Below, in pieces: positions 18,095 to 27,931 of a DNA stretch of 64,000 nt. The notes beneath the pieces were generated by a model. It saw only the letters and a list, made by a program, of their open reading frames with translations, did not search any database and was not told the DNA's origin. Numbering within the stretch: the first letter of the stretch is position 1; the number at the start of each line of letters is the position of its first letter. The stretch spans positions 32,001-96,000 of the forward strand of contig JAHHIM010000073.1 of NCBI GenBank assembly GCA_019358915.1, written 5' to 3'. The DNA is from Trichormus sp. ATA11-4-KO1. Lineage in GTDB: Bacteria; Cyanobacteriota; Cyanobacteriia; Cyanobacteriales; Nostocaceae. The position numbers were made by a program, and so were the translations under genes.

Positions 18095-18538
18095 ATGAAT
18101 AAGCACAAGAAAAAGCAGGACTTAGACTTAATTCAAAGTTCTGATACCCCTACCTGTGATACTCATCTGGTGCATCTAGATAATGTACGCTCATCTCAGG
18201 CTCAAATCTTACCGACAGATAAAGCACAACAAATGGCAGAAATTTTTAGTGTGTTAGCAGATACAAACCGTATACGCCTCCTATCAGCTTTGGCTTCTAG
18301 TGAGTTGTGTGTTTGCGATCTAGCTGCATTAACCAAAATGAGTGAATCAGCAGTTTGCCATCAGTTGCGGTTATTGAAAGCTATGCGTTTAGTCAGCTAT
18401 CGTCGAGAAGGTCGGAATGTCTATTATAGTTTGGCTGACAGTCACGTCATCAACTTATATCGCTCTTTAGTGGAAAACAATACTTACGCAACTGGCACAG
18501 GGCGATCGCAAATTAATAGTATAAATGTATTAATCTGA
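18095..18538 (+). CDS. aztR: ArsR/SmtB metal-sensing repressor (AztR-like, alpha3N site)
   Basis: Cys21 and ELCVCDL (Cys72/Cys74), SAVCHQLRLL and GRNVYYSL. Divergent from the P1B-ATPase. Confidence 0.88.
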   Translation: MNKHKKKQDLDLIQSSDTPTCDTHLVHLDNVRSSQAQILPTDKAQQMAEIFSVLADTNRIRLLSALASSELCVCDLAALTKMSESAVCHQLRLLKAMRLVSYRREGRNVYYSLADSHVINLYRSLVENNTYATGTGRSQINSINVLI

Positions 18539-18586
18539 ACTTCCCCCCTGTGCAAATGTGCTAAATTTTGTTGGCTGATTTAGGTA

Positions 18587-18960
18587 TTACGATTTAGTAA
18601 AAATCATCTTAAAAGCGATAAAAAGTAATGCTGTCCCAAATATCCTTCGCAAAAATACCTCTGGTATTCCAATGGCAAATTTAGCACCTAGGAATGCTCC
18701 CAAGAAAAAACCAACACAGACAAAGATAGTTACTTTTAAGTCTACATATCCCTGCTGGTAATAAGCCCAAGCTCCGAGTAAACTAATTGGTGAAACCATC
18801 AAAGCCAAGGTGGTTCCCTGGGCGCTATGCTGGGAAAAACCAAAAAATAAACGAGTGCTGGTGTAATCAATACACCTCCTCCAATGCCAATTAATCCACT
18901 TAAAATTCCAGTTACCGAACCCAATATCAGATAAGCTATGGTAGCTGTCAAAATTTCCAT
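18587..18960 (-). pseudogene. Frameshifted TauE/SafE (DUF81) half-size permease
   Basis: MEIL...GILSGLIGIGGGVLITPALVYF in one frame continues as FGFSQHSAQGTTLA... in another. The switch lies in an A6 run at 18842-18847. Confidence 0.8.
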
Positions 18961-19081
18961 AATTACTTTTAATATGATACATATACATTTTTTTGTGTAT
19001 TTTGTAGTTCCAGGAAAAATGTAAAATTCCAAACATGAATATAGCCTAAATATTATAGTTACTCCTAATAATAACCACTAA

Positions 19082-19113
19082 AAATTTCACCCAAATTTCA
19101 TATCGATATGAAA
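19082..19113 (+). promoter_or_regulatory. OmpR-type (NrsR/RppA/CopR-like) direct-repeat box overlapping an 18-bp palindrome
   Basis: AAATTTCA-CCC-AAATTTCA (19082-19100, 11-bp period) and perfect palindrome TTTCATATCGATATGAAA (19096-19113), upstream of the RND operon. Confidence 0.6.
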
Positions 19114-19261
19114 CACTGGAGAAGAACTACCATTCAAATTCCTTAAACTACTCACGAAAGCAATGTAACTAGCTAAAAAAAGCGTTAGTTTAAATTTGCA
19201 CATTAAATGCCAACATCCAAAGGCAATTCTGCTTTCTCACTAACTTAGGACACAACAAGCG

Positions 19262-20959
19262 ATGAGAATCTCTAATTTGTTTCAATCTTTTGCTCCACTG
19301 CGTTATGTTTCGTTGACAATGTTGAGTGTGTTACTACTAAATACTCCTACTACTGTTTTAGCAGGCGCAGGTCACGACCACGGCAGTGGTGCGTTTCAAG
19401 CTGGTAGCGAAGCAAGCGGACAAGTAGAAGTGGACGAACAAACTGCGAAAGGATTGGGAATAAAAGTTGAGACTGTCAAACCTCAGCGTTTGGACATTGG
19501 CATTAAAACCAATGGTAAAATAGAGACTTTACCCAGTCAGAAAGTCGAAGTTACTACTCCAATTTCTGGGGCAAAAGTGGTTGAGTTGTTGGTAGAACCA
19601 GGTGCAAGGGTTAAAAAAGGTCAACCTGTTGCTGTTGTAACGAGTCCAGACTTGGTGAATCTGCGGGTTGAATCTCAGGAAAAATTAGCACAAGGTCAAG
19701 CTGATTTACAACAGGCTCTAGCTGATTTAAAATTAGCTGAACAAAATTATGATCGTTTCCAAAATATTGCCGCAGCAGAAATAGCCCAAGCCCAAAGTCA
19801 AGTAGCATTTGCTCAAGAAAAATATAATAAAGACAAGCAATTAACTGATGCTGGTGCTTTGCCACGTCGTAGTGCTTTAGAATCCCAAACTCAGTTAGCA
19901 CAGGCACAAGCCGAACTTGCACAAGCCAATAGCCGTCGAGATGTGTTTGCAGCAGAAAATCAACTCAAACGCGCTCAAGCCGCAGTTAAAGTAGCAAAAG
20001 AACGTATTAGACTAAGTAATAGTATTTATCAAACTAGACTAGCTCAACTGCAAACTATTCCTAGTAACAAGGGATTGGTAACAGTAACGGCTCCTATTAG
20101 CGGTCAAATTGCTAATCGGGAAGTAACCATCGGTCAATCCTTTGAAGACGCTGGTAGCAAATTGATGACAATTGTTAATGATAGCCAGGTTTTTGCTACA
20201 GCAAATATTTATGAGAAAGATTTGGGTAAAGTAAAAATGGGTCAACCTGTAAAAGTGAGAGTAGCTAGTGTACCCAATCAAATTTTTACAGGTCGAATTA
20301 AGCGGATTGGCTCAGTAGTAGAAGGCGAAACCCAAGTAATACCCGTACAAGCTGCAATTAATAATGCCAACGGGCAATTAAAACCAGGTATGTTTGCCGA
20401 GTTGGAAGTGGTTACAGATAAGACATCTGCGGCAGTTTTGGCAATTCCCAGTTCTGCTGTGGTGGATGCCAATGGTAAAAAAATAATTTATGTGAAAAAT
20501 GGTAATGCCTTTCAATCTGTTGAAGCTGAGTTCGGTCAAACCTCTGGGAATTTAATCGAAGTTACCAGTGGTTTATTTGAAGGAGATGCAGTAGTTACCC
20601 AGCGTGCGCCACAACTTTACGCTCAGTCTTTACGGGGTGGTAGTACAAAAGAAGACGACCACTCAGAAGAAGATTCGTATTCAGAAACAACGAATACTAA
20701 TATTAATAACTTTCCCCTACCTGTATGGTTAATCGCTACTGTGGGAGGAACAGTGATTGCTGGTGGAGCTTTTGCAGCAGGTAGTTTTTGGTCTGGTCGT
20801 CGCAACCAAAGCCGGATGCTTGCAGCTTATGCAGGAATTTCATCAGAATTAGCAGCAGATCAATATCAAAATACTGATGAAAATGCAAATAATCACCAGG
20901 CACCAAAAACTCAAATTGGTCGCTTAGACTCGAGCGTTAAAAATAATTCTGACTCATAA
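19262..20959 (+). CDS. Heavy-metal RND periplasmic adaptor (NrsB/CzcB-like)
   Basis: Signal peptide then GAGHDHG, long alpha-hairpin, APISG, LKPGMFA, LAIPSSAV and a C-terminal TM segment. Confidence 0.9.
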   Translation: MRISNLFQSFAPLRYVSLTMLSVLLLNTPTTVLAGAGHDHGSGAFQAGSEASGQVEVDEQTAKGLGIKVETVKPQRLDIGIKTNGKIETLPSQKVEVTTPISGAKVVELLVEPGARVKKGQPVAVVTSPDLVNLRVESQEKLAQGQADLQQALADLKLAEQNYDRFQNIAAAEIAQAQSQVAFAQEKYNKDKQLTDAGALPRRSALESQTQLAQAQAELAQANSRRDVFAAENQLKRAQAAVKVAKERIRLSNSIYQTRLAQLQTIPSNKGLVTVTAPISGQIANREVTIGQSFEDAGSKLMTIVNDSQVFATANIYEKDLGKVKMGQPVKVRVASVPNQIFTGRIKRIGSVVEGETQVIPVQAAINNANGQLKPGMFAELEVVTDKTSAAVLAIPSSAVVDANGKKIIYVKNGNAFQSVEAEFGQTSGNLIEVTSGLFEGDAVVTQRAPQLYAQSLRGGSTKEDDHSEEDSYSETTNTNINNFPLPVWLIATVGGTVIAGGAFAAGSFWSGRRNQSRMLAAYAGISSELAADQYQNTDENANNHQAPKTQIGRLDSSVKNNSDS

Positions 20960-20968
20960 ACTGCAATC

Positions 20969-23900
20969 ATGATCGACAATATTCTGAAATGGTCAATTTT
21001 ACAACGGTGGTTGGTGGTGATTGGGGCAGTTATTGTGACAACATTAGGGGTTTACAACCTCAGACAAATGCCTTTGGATGTTTTCCCTAACTTTGCTCCC
21101 CCCCAAGTAGAAATTCAAACCGAAGCACCAGGACTAGCACCGGAAGAAGTAGAATCCTTAGTGACTTTACCAATTGAAAGTGCTGTAAATGGTACTCCAG
21201 GTGTAGAAACTGTGCGTTCTTCCTCTGGAGTTGGTATTTCTGTTGTCAGAATTATCTTTAATTGGGGAACTGATATTTATCAAGCTCGTCAGTTAGTCAC
21301 CGAAAGATTGCAACAAGCATCACAAAAACTACCAGAAAATATCGAGCCACCCCAAATTTCGCCGATTAGTTCCCCCATCGGAACTATACTTTCCTATGCT
21401 TTTACTATTGATGCGGAAGAAGGGAAAGCAACAACTGACATGATGGAGGTGAGACAATTTGTTGACTTAGTTGTCACAAACCGTCTGCTTGCTGTTCCGG
21501 GTATTTCTCAATTAATTACTTACGGGGGAGATATCCGCCAATATCAAGTTTTAGTTGACCCCGCAAAGCTAAAAGCTTTTAATGTCTCTTTAGAAGAAGT
21601 AACTACAGCTGCAAGAAAAGCGAATAATAATGCGGCTGGTGGTTTTTTAATTGACCCAGATCGGGAATTATTAATTCGGGGTATTGGCAGAATTACTGCA
21701 ATTGAAGATTTACGGAAATCAGTAGTTACTGCCCGTGATGGGACTCCAGTATTACTAAGAGATGTCGCTGATGTGCAAATTGGGGCAGCATTAAAACGGG
21801 GTGATGGTAGTTTTAATACTCAGCCTGCGGTTGTGGTCATGGTTAACAAACAACCCCAAGCTGACACTCCTACGGTAACTAAAGCTGTGGAAGCAGCGAT
21901 GGAAGAGATCGAACTCAGTTTACCTGCCAATGTCAAGTATACAGTTAGTTTTCGTCAAGAAAGCTTTATTGAGGATGCCATAGAAAACGTTAGTAGTTCT
22001 TTGAGGGATGGTACGATTATTGTCTCAGTTATTTTGCTGATGTTTTTGATGAATTGGCGAACTGCAATTATTACCCTCAGTGCCATTCCTTTATCAGTAT
22101 TAATTGGGTTGATGATTCTCAATTTATTTGGTCAAGGGATTAATACTATGACCTTAGGGGGTTTGGTTGTAGCCATTGGCTCGGTAGTAGATGATTCCAT
22201 TGTGGATATGGAAAATTGCTACCGGGGATTGCGGAAGAACCAGCAAGCAGAAAATCCCGTTCATCCTTTCCAGGTAGTATATGACACATCTGTAGAGGTC
22301 AGAACTAGTGTGATTTTTTCTACAATAATTATAGTCGTAGTTTTCGCGCCAATTTTTACGTTAACTGGGGTAGAAGGTCGGATTTTTGCACCAATGGGTT
22401 GGGCTTACTTGGTATCAATTTTGTCTTCTACGTTGGTGGCAATGACTTTATCCCCGGCATTGTGTGCCATACTTTTAGCTAACCAGAGATTACCAGATGA
22501 TGAAACTTGGGTAACTCGTTGGTCGCAAAGGTTATACAGTCCCTTGTTAAATTTTTCCATTAAACGTCCCAGTGTAGTGATTTTAGCCGCAGTTGCTGCT
22601 TTTGTAGCATCAATGTTGATTTTTTCAACCTTGGGACGGGTGTTCTTACCGGAATTTCAGGAACGTACTTTAGTAAACTCTATGTTGCTGTATCCCGGTA
22701 CATCCTTGGAAGTTACCAATCAAGCAGGAAAGATAATTGAGGAAGCATTCAAAGATGATCCCCACATCGCATCAGTACAGATGCGTTCCGGACGCGCTCC
22801 CGGAGATGCGGATGCTGCACCAGTTAACTTATCCCATCTGGATATTGAAATTAGCGACGCAGGGATGAAAGATCGAGAAGCAACCGTTGCCAAAATTAGG
22901 GAGGAATTCGCCAAAATTCCTGGCTCGGTAGCCAGTATAGGGGGTTTTATTTCTCACCGCATGGATGAAATTCTCTCTGGTGTCAGAAGTGCGATCGCCG
23001 TGAAAATATTCGGACCAGAACTGGAAGAGTTACGCAGTTTGGGGAAAGAAGTAGAAGCTGTAATGCAGGAGATACCCGGTTTGGTAGATTTACAGCTAGA
23101 ACCGCAAGTCCCCATAAAACAGCTACAAATTCAGTTTGACCGCGATGCTGCGGCGCGCTACGGTCTTTCTGTGGGCGATTTATCGGAAATAACTGAAACC
23201 GCACTCAATGGTCGCGTAGTATCCCAGGTATTAGAAAAACAACAACTTTTCGATTTATTGGTGTGGCTAAAACCAGAAGCACGCAATAACTTAGATACCA
23301 TTCGCAATTTACTTGTTGATACTCCCAACGGGCAGAAAATACCCTTAGCAGCAGTAGCAAAAATTGACTACGGAACGGGTCCTAATACCATTAACCGGGA
23401 AAATGTTTCTCGTTTAATTGTGGTTTCTGCTAATGTTTCTGGCAGAGATTTGGGTTCTGTTGTTGATGAAATTCGCACCAAAGTCAAACAGCAGGTGCAA
23501 GTACCTTCAGGCTATTTTATTCAGTATGGAGGTCAGTTTGAATCGGAACAACGAGCTTCCCAAAACTTACTGATCTTTGGCGGTTTATCAATGGTTTTAA
23601 TTGCCATTTTGATGTATTTCGCGGTGAAATCAATCCCCGCAACTATCATGATTATGATTAACTTACCTTTAGCCGTAGTTGGGGGAGTTTTTTCCATAGC
23701 TTTAGGTGGTGGTATCCTTTCCGTAGCATCAATGGTAGGATTTATTACCCTATTTGGCGTAGCTACTCGTAATGGTTTATTGTTAGTAGAAAACTATAAC
23801 AGCAAGTTTGCAATGGGAATGCCTTTACGGGAAGTAATTTCCCAAGGTTCGATGGAAAGACTTGTTGCCATTTTGATGACAGCTTTAACATCTGCATTAG

Positions 23901-24148
23901 GTATGGTTCCTCTGGTCATTGGTATTGGTGCGGGTAAGGAAATTTTGCAACCTTTAGCAGTAGTTGTATTGGGAGGTTTATTTACTTCTACTGCTTTAAC
24001 TTTGTTGGTACTTCCAGCTTTGTATAGTAAATTTGGTAGGTATTTAATACCCAAACAAACTTCCCTAGCAGTTCAAGCGGGTATTGCTTCGGAAGTAACT
24101 ACAAATCAAGATTTAAGTATTCTCAACAACAATAGTAAAAGGAGATAA
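20969..24148 (+). CDS. CusA/CzcA-family heavy-metal RND transporter (NrsA-like)
   Basis: DVFP.FAPPQVEIQTEAPGLAPEEVE; TM4 AIGSVVDDSIVDMEN; FGVATRNG; ILMTALT; EILQPLA. Confidence 0.93.
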   Translation: MIDNILKWSILQRWLVVIGAVIVTTLGVYNLRQMPLDVFPNFAPPQVEIQTEAPGLAPEEVESLVTLPIESAVNGTPGVETVRSSSGVGISVVRIIFNWGTDIYQARQLVTERLQQASQKLPENIEPPQISPISSPIGTILSYAFTIDAEEGKATTDMMEVRQFVDLVVTNRLLAVPGISQLITYGGDIRQYQVLVDPAKLKAFNVSLEEVTTAARKANNNAAGGFLIDPDRELLIRGIGRITAIEDLRKSVVTARDGTPVLLRDVADVQIGAALKRGDGSFNTQPAVVVMVNKQPQADTPTVTKAVEAAMEEIELSLPANVKYTVSFRQESFIEDAIENVSSSLRDGTIIVSVILLMFLMNWRTAIITLSAIPLSVLIGLMILNLFGQGINTMTLGGLVVAIGSVVDDSIVDMENCYRGLRKNQQAENPVHPFQVVYDTSVEVRTSVIFSTIIIVVVFAPIFTLTGVEGRIFAPMGWAYLVSILSSTLVAMTLSPALCAILLANQRLPDDETWVTRWSQRLYSPLLNFSIKRPSVVILAAVAAFVASMLIFSTLGRVFLPEFQERTLVNSMLLYPGTSLEVTNQAGKIIEEAFKDDPHIASVQMRSGRAPGDADAAPVNLSHLDIEISDAGMKDREATVAKIREEFAKIPGSVASIGGFISHRMDEILSGVRSAIAVKIFGPELEELRSLGKEVEAVMQEIPGLVDLQLEPQVPIKQLQIQFDRDAAARYGLSVGDLSEITETALNGRVVSQVLEKQQLFDLLVWLKPEARNNLDTIRNLLVDTPNGQKIPLAAVAKIDYGTGPNTINRENVSRLIVVSANVSGRDLGSVVDEIRTKVKQQVQVPSGYFIQYGGQFESEQRASQNLLIFGGLSMVLIAILMYFAVKSIPATIMIMINLPLAVVGGVFSIALGGGILSVASMVGFITLFGVATRNGLLLVENYNSKFAMGMPLREVISQGSMERLVAILMTALTSALGMVPLVIGIGAGKEILQPLAVVVLGGLFTSTALTLLVLPALYSKFGRYLIPKQTSLAVQAGIASEVTTNQDLSILNNNSKRR

Positions 24149-24251
24149 GTCTTTAATAAGAATATGTAATTATTTTTTTGCTGTATTTGCAAATCCCTGT
24201 ACATTGTTGTTCTTTAATAACTTACATTCTCACAAATCAAGGAGTCAAAAA

Positions 24252-24794
24252 ATGAGATTTCTAAAATTGGGTACTTTTATTCTAGGTAGTGTAGGACTAA
24301 TCTTTTTAGGAGCTTGTGCTAATCAACCTACAACTTCAAACGATTCAGCAGCTAGTAAAACCGAAACAATAGCAAAAACAACAATTAGCAAAACAGAAAC
24401 TACGGCAAAAGCAACACCAAATCAGACGGAGAACGTAGCACAAAAACAAGAAGAACACGGACATGAACATGGAGATGAACATGGACGAGGTGGTCAAATT
24501 ATAGAATCCGGTGAATATCATTTAGAATTTGTAGCCACTCCAAGTGATAATGGAACTGATATAGATTTTTTCTTAGAGAAAGGAGCAAAACATGAAACCG
24601 TCAGTGACGCTAAGATAACGGCTCAAGTTCAGTTACCCGATGGGGAACAAAAAACAATTCCTATCAAATATGAACCGAGTGAAAAGCATTACCATGGCGT
24701 GCTTGCAGATACAATACCAGGAGAATATAAATTAGCCATTCTTTCTGACATTAATGGTGAAAAAGTGAATGGTCGCTTTAGTTTCAAAAGATAA
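24252..24794 (+). CDS. His-rich lipoprotein of the RND operon
   Basis: Lipobox LGAC, EEHGHEHGDEHG and GGQ.IE.G.YHLE. AAGGAG RBS before ATG 24252. Confidence 0.8.
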   Translation: MRFLKLGTFILGSVGLIFLGACANQPTTSNDSAASKTETIAKTTISKTETTAKATPNQTENVAQKQEEHGHEHGDEHGRGGQIIESGEYHLEFVATPSDNGTDIDFFLEKGAKHETVSDAKITAQVQLPDGEQKTIPIKYEPSEKHYHGVLADTIPGEYKLAILSDINGEKVNGRFSFKR

Positions 24795-25052
24795 TTTTAC
24801 GTTGTTTAGGACTGACTTCAAAAAGTGAACTTAGATAGAAACAGGCGATCCAAGTTATCCATGTCCTCTTGCTCAAGAAAACGTGGTTTAAATCAATTTA
24901 GTTGAGCATCTGGACAGAGAATTTGGTGGCGATCGCATTTAGAGCAATTACTGTGACTGAATACCCAATTATAATTAGTCGTCTAAAACATTAAGTATCT
25001 GTAAGAACATTACAGCTATTGGGACTTAAACATTTTTGATATAAAAACAGGT

Positions 25053-25430
25053 CTAAGATACCATTTATAACCCTCATTTTATAACCCTCATTTGTCACTT
25101 TGGGAGAATCCAATCGCTCAAATGGTTACGGGGCTTTAGTTTCCACTTTTCGTCTATAAATTTTAGTTTCTGTTAGAAAATAAAGCCTCAAAACCGGATT
25201 AAATCAAAGTCTCAGAATTTGGCTGAGATTATTGTTTTCCGAGAGTGACAAAACAGGGATAAAGTAAATCTTTAAACAACAAGACGACGCAACATGATAC
25301 GCGTCATGACAGCATAGATGGCAGCTTCACTCATTTCTGGAAGACGTTCATAATCCTTACGGAGACGACGGTACTGATTAAACCACCCAAATGTTCTTTC
25401 TAATAACTAACGTTTGGGCAAAACCTGCTA
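25053..25430 (-). mobile_element. IS5-family (IS1031-type) transposase 3' remnant and right end
   Basis: Minus strand 25272-25427 reads QVLPKR*LLERTFGWFNQYRRLRKDYERLPEMSEAAIYAVMTRIMLRRLVV*, with a stop at the usual Trp. The probable IS end CTAAGATACCATTTATAA lies at 25053-25070. Confidence 0.8.
25085..25258. mobile_element. 174-bp MITE inserted in the IS5 end
   Basis: Left TIR CCCTCATTTGTCACT; right TIR reverse complement CCCTGTTTTGTCACT (13/15). ATAA flanks both sides (25081-25084, 25259-25262). Confidence 0.75.
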
Positions 25431-25568
25431 ATTCTGGCTCCACAGGTTTAAGGCAAATTTATAAGTAAAATCCGGCTTTAAGCGCACTATTATAGTTAGC
25501 ACTTATAACAATTCGGCACTAGTACAAAATTTTGTTAAATAACTTTACATAAATGCTGGATCTGGGGG

Positions 25569-25600
25569 TTGACTCTACAGCAGACTATAGGCTTTAAGGT
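25569..25600 (+). promoter_or_regulatory. MerR-type promoter/operator 1
   Basis: TTGACT, 20-bp spacer, TAAGGT. The spacer holds the imperfect dyad CTACAG-CAGA-CTATAG. Confidence 0.8.
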
Positions 25601-25633
25601 TTGAACAACGCATAGTAGTAAAAGTCAAAAACT

Positions 25634-26125
25634 ATGGTTGCTGTAGTGGAACAAGCTTGTTTTGAAGCATCATCTCCAAACAAACTACTGAAAATTGGTG
25701 AGCTAGCAAAGCAAACCGATGTGGCAGTGGGAACAATTCGGTATTACGAAACCTTAGGATTGCTAACACCAGTTGAAAGAAGTGAAAATGGCTACCGTTA
25801 TTACGATAGCGCAGCAATCAAGCGACTACAATTCATCAAAAAAGCCCAATCTTTACAATTTTCCCTCTCGGAAATTCAACAAGTGGTTGGTGTCCGCTCC
25901 CACGGCGATCCTGCTTGTTCACTGGTAAGGGGCTTACTGAAAAAGAAAATAGTTGATCTTGAGGAGCAGATTTATCGCATGAAGGCGCTGAAGAAAGAGC
26001 TAGAAGCATATCAAGAACGCTGGGAAAGCCGACCCTTGGACGACCCATGTAGCAAAGAGCTTTGTAGCATGATTGAGGAAGTTGCTTGTCGGGATATACC
26101 TGTTCAGAACCTAAGAGGAGAGTAA
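25634..26125 (+). CDS. MerR-family heavy-metal-responsive regulator (ZntR/CadR/PbrR-like)
   Basis: KIGELAK...TIRYYE.LGLL...NGYRYY and FSLSEI. Cys at the start of the dimer helix (DPAC) plus C-terminal CSKELC....C. Confidence 0.92.
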   Translation: MVAVVEQACFEASSPNKLLKIGELAKQTDVAVGTIRYYETLGLLTPVERSENGYRYYDSAAIKRLQFIKKAQSLQFSLSEIQQVVGVRSHGDPACSLVRGLLKKKIVDLEEQIYRMKALKKELEAYQERWESRPLDDPCSKELCSMIEEVACRDIPVQNLRGE

Positions 26126-27904
26126 ATGTCTGGAACTACTGACGAGGATAAAAACTCTCGCATCAAAGCAGAAAACGAGCAAATTCCTCTTTCTGGCTTT
26201 TCATCCCTTGAGGCAGAAACAACTAATCAGGTCAGTAATCATGACAATGCCACCTTAGTTGAGATCAAGCCTACTAAGAAGTCGATTTTATCCGTCAAAA
26301 CGGTGATCACACTTGCAGTCGTTGCAGCACTAATCAGTGGCATTTCAATACTAACCAAGCAATTTAAACCCTCCTCCTCTATGGCTGGGATGGAAGATAT
26401 GAAAGGGATGTCTATGGAAGACATGATGCGGGTGAACGGCTCTTCTAATCCCACTCCGGTCAAGGTCGAGTCCATCCAGCCTAGTTTAATGGAGGCAAGT
26501 GTGCGTTATACCGGGACAGTGCGTCCTTACCAAGAAGTGACTGTATATCCACGAGTGAGTGGGCAGTTGACTGAATACTCTGCTTACCCAGGAAATAAGG
26601 TAAAGGCAGGACAATTGCTGGCACGGCTAACTGCGACAGAACTGTCTAATGAAGTAGAGGAAGCAATAACGGAAATGGAGGCTGCCAAAGCTGATGAGCA
26701 AGTAACTAGAAAAGAACTGGATGAGCAACGTCAAGAAATAGAGCGGATGTCAGCCGAATCCGCTTACTTAGAGAAAAGACTACAGCGAACCGAGCAGGTT
26801 TTATTAGATTCTGGAGCGATCGCCCTAGTCGAGTTTGACAGGCAAAAAAGCGAGGCGATATCAGCCAAGGCGGCTCTGAGTGCCGCAAAAGTTAAATTAG
26901 AACGTATGCAAGCCCAGATAGCTAAAGCTCAGGCTCAAGTGGCTCAAACTAAAGTAAAAATTCAACGTCTTCAGGTTATAGAAAGTTACAAAACAGTTAC
27001 ATCCCCGATTACAGGCATTATCCAAGAGCGGATGGTAGACCCTGGCGTGTTTGTCCAGCCAGGAATGGCAATTCTCAAGATTGGTGACTATAGCCGAGTG
27101 CGTCTGCAAGCAAATGTAGCGCAACAGGATGCCATTCAGATTAAAGTCGGTTCTCCGATTGAGGCACGGACACCAGGAGCAGCCACTGAAACAATTCAAG
27201 GCAAAGTCACTAGTATTTTTCCTCAGGCGGGTGAAGAAACGCGGACAGTCACAATTGAAGCCGTTGTCGATAATCCTGGTCGCCGACTGGTAGCAGGGCA
27301 ATTTCTAGAGATGCGCATGATCACTGCTCGTAAACCGGGCGCTCTTTCCGTACCACAAACGGCAATCACAGAATCAGGTGAAGAATCAGCAGTTTGGGTA
27401 ATGGAGGGTGGTGTGGCGAAACGCAGAGTCATCACCACAGGACTGACCAATGGTGAGCGGATAGAAGTGATCCGTGGTCTTAAACCCGGAGAGTTTGTCA
27501 TCACTACTGGAGGAGGTCGATTGATTGAAAATATGCGAGTTGCGGCGATCAATGCCTCTGGCAACCTCGTTCCCACTCTCAGTGAAGCTAGCCAAGGCAA
27601 TGTGCGAATTCAGTTAATCAGCCCTAAAGAAGCAGCAGCGATGGGAGACAATCAACTGATTTTGCAGGTTCAAGATCCTGAAACAGGTGCACCTCTGGCA
27701 GTCCGTGAATTAAACGTAGATGCCTCGATGCCAATGCAAAATATGGCTCCAATGAAAACAGAGGTAGAAGTCAAGCCTGCTGGTCAACCCGGTCGATTCC
27801 AGGTCAACACCTATTTCGGAATGCGTGGCTCTTGGCAAGTCACCGCCAAGGTTCAAGACAATGATCACCGAGGTCAGTCAACATTTACGCTAAATGTCCG
27901 TTAA
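26126..27904 (+). CDS. RND periplasmic adaptor with Met-rich segment and C-terminal YtkA/FixH-like domain
   Basis: TM anchor, MAGMEDMKGMSMEDMM, SPITG, ALSVPQTA and a C-terminal MPMQNMAPM...GMRGSWQV. Confidence 0.85.
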   Translation: MSGTTDEDKNSRIKAENEQIPLSGFSSLEAETTNQVSNHDNATLVEIKPTKKSILSVKTVITLAVVAALISGISILTKQFKPSSSMAGMEDMKGMSMEDMMRVNGSSNPTPVKVESIQPSLMEASVRYTGTVRPYQEVTVYPRVSGQLTEYSAYPGNKVKAGQLLARLTATELSNEVEEAITEMEAAKADEQVTRKELDEQRQEIERMSAESAYLEKRLQRTEQVLLDSGAIALVEFDRQKSEAISAKAALSAAKVKLERMQAQIAKAQAQVAQTKVKIQRLQVIESYKTVTSPITGIIQERMVDPGVFVQPGMAILKIGDYSRVRLQANVAQQDAIQIKVGSPIEARTPGAATETIQGKVTSIFPQAGEETRTVTIEAVVDNPGRRLVAGQFLEMRMITARKPGALSVPQTAITESGEESAVWVMEGGVAKRRVITTGLTNGERIEVIRGLKPGEFVITTGGGRLIENMRVAAINASGNLVPTLSEASQGNVRIQLISPKEAAAMGDNQLILQVQDPETGAPLAVRELNVDASMPMQNMAPMKTEVEVKPAGQPGRFQVNTYFGMRGSWQVTAKVQDNDHRGQSTFTLNVR

Positions 27905-27931
27905 TATTCATTCCCCCGATTAACGCTGCCC

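Noticed and set aside
24810..25050. Possible additional IS remnant after the lipoprotein gene
   Set aside because: No recognisable transposase translation or paired terminal repeats.
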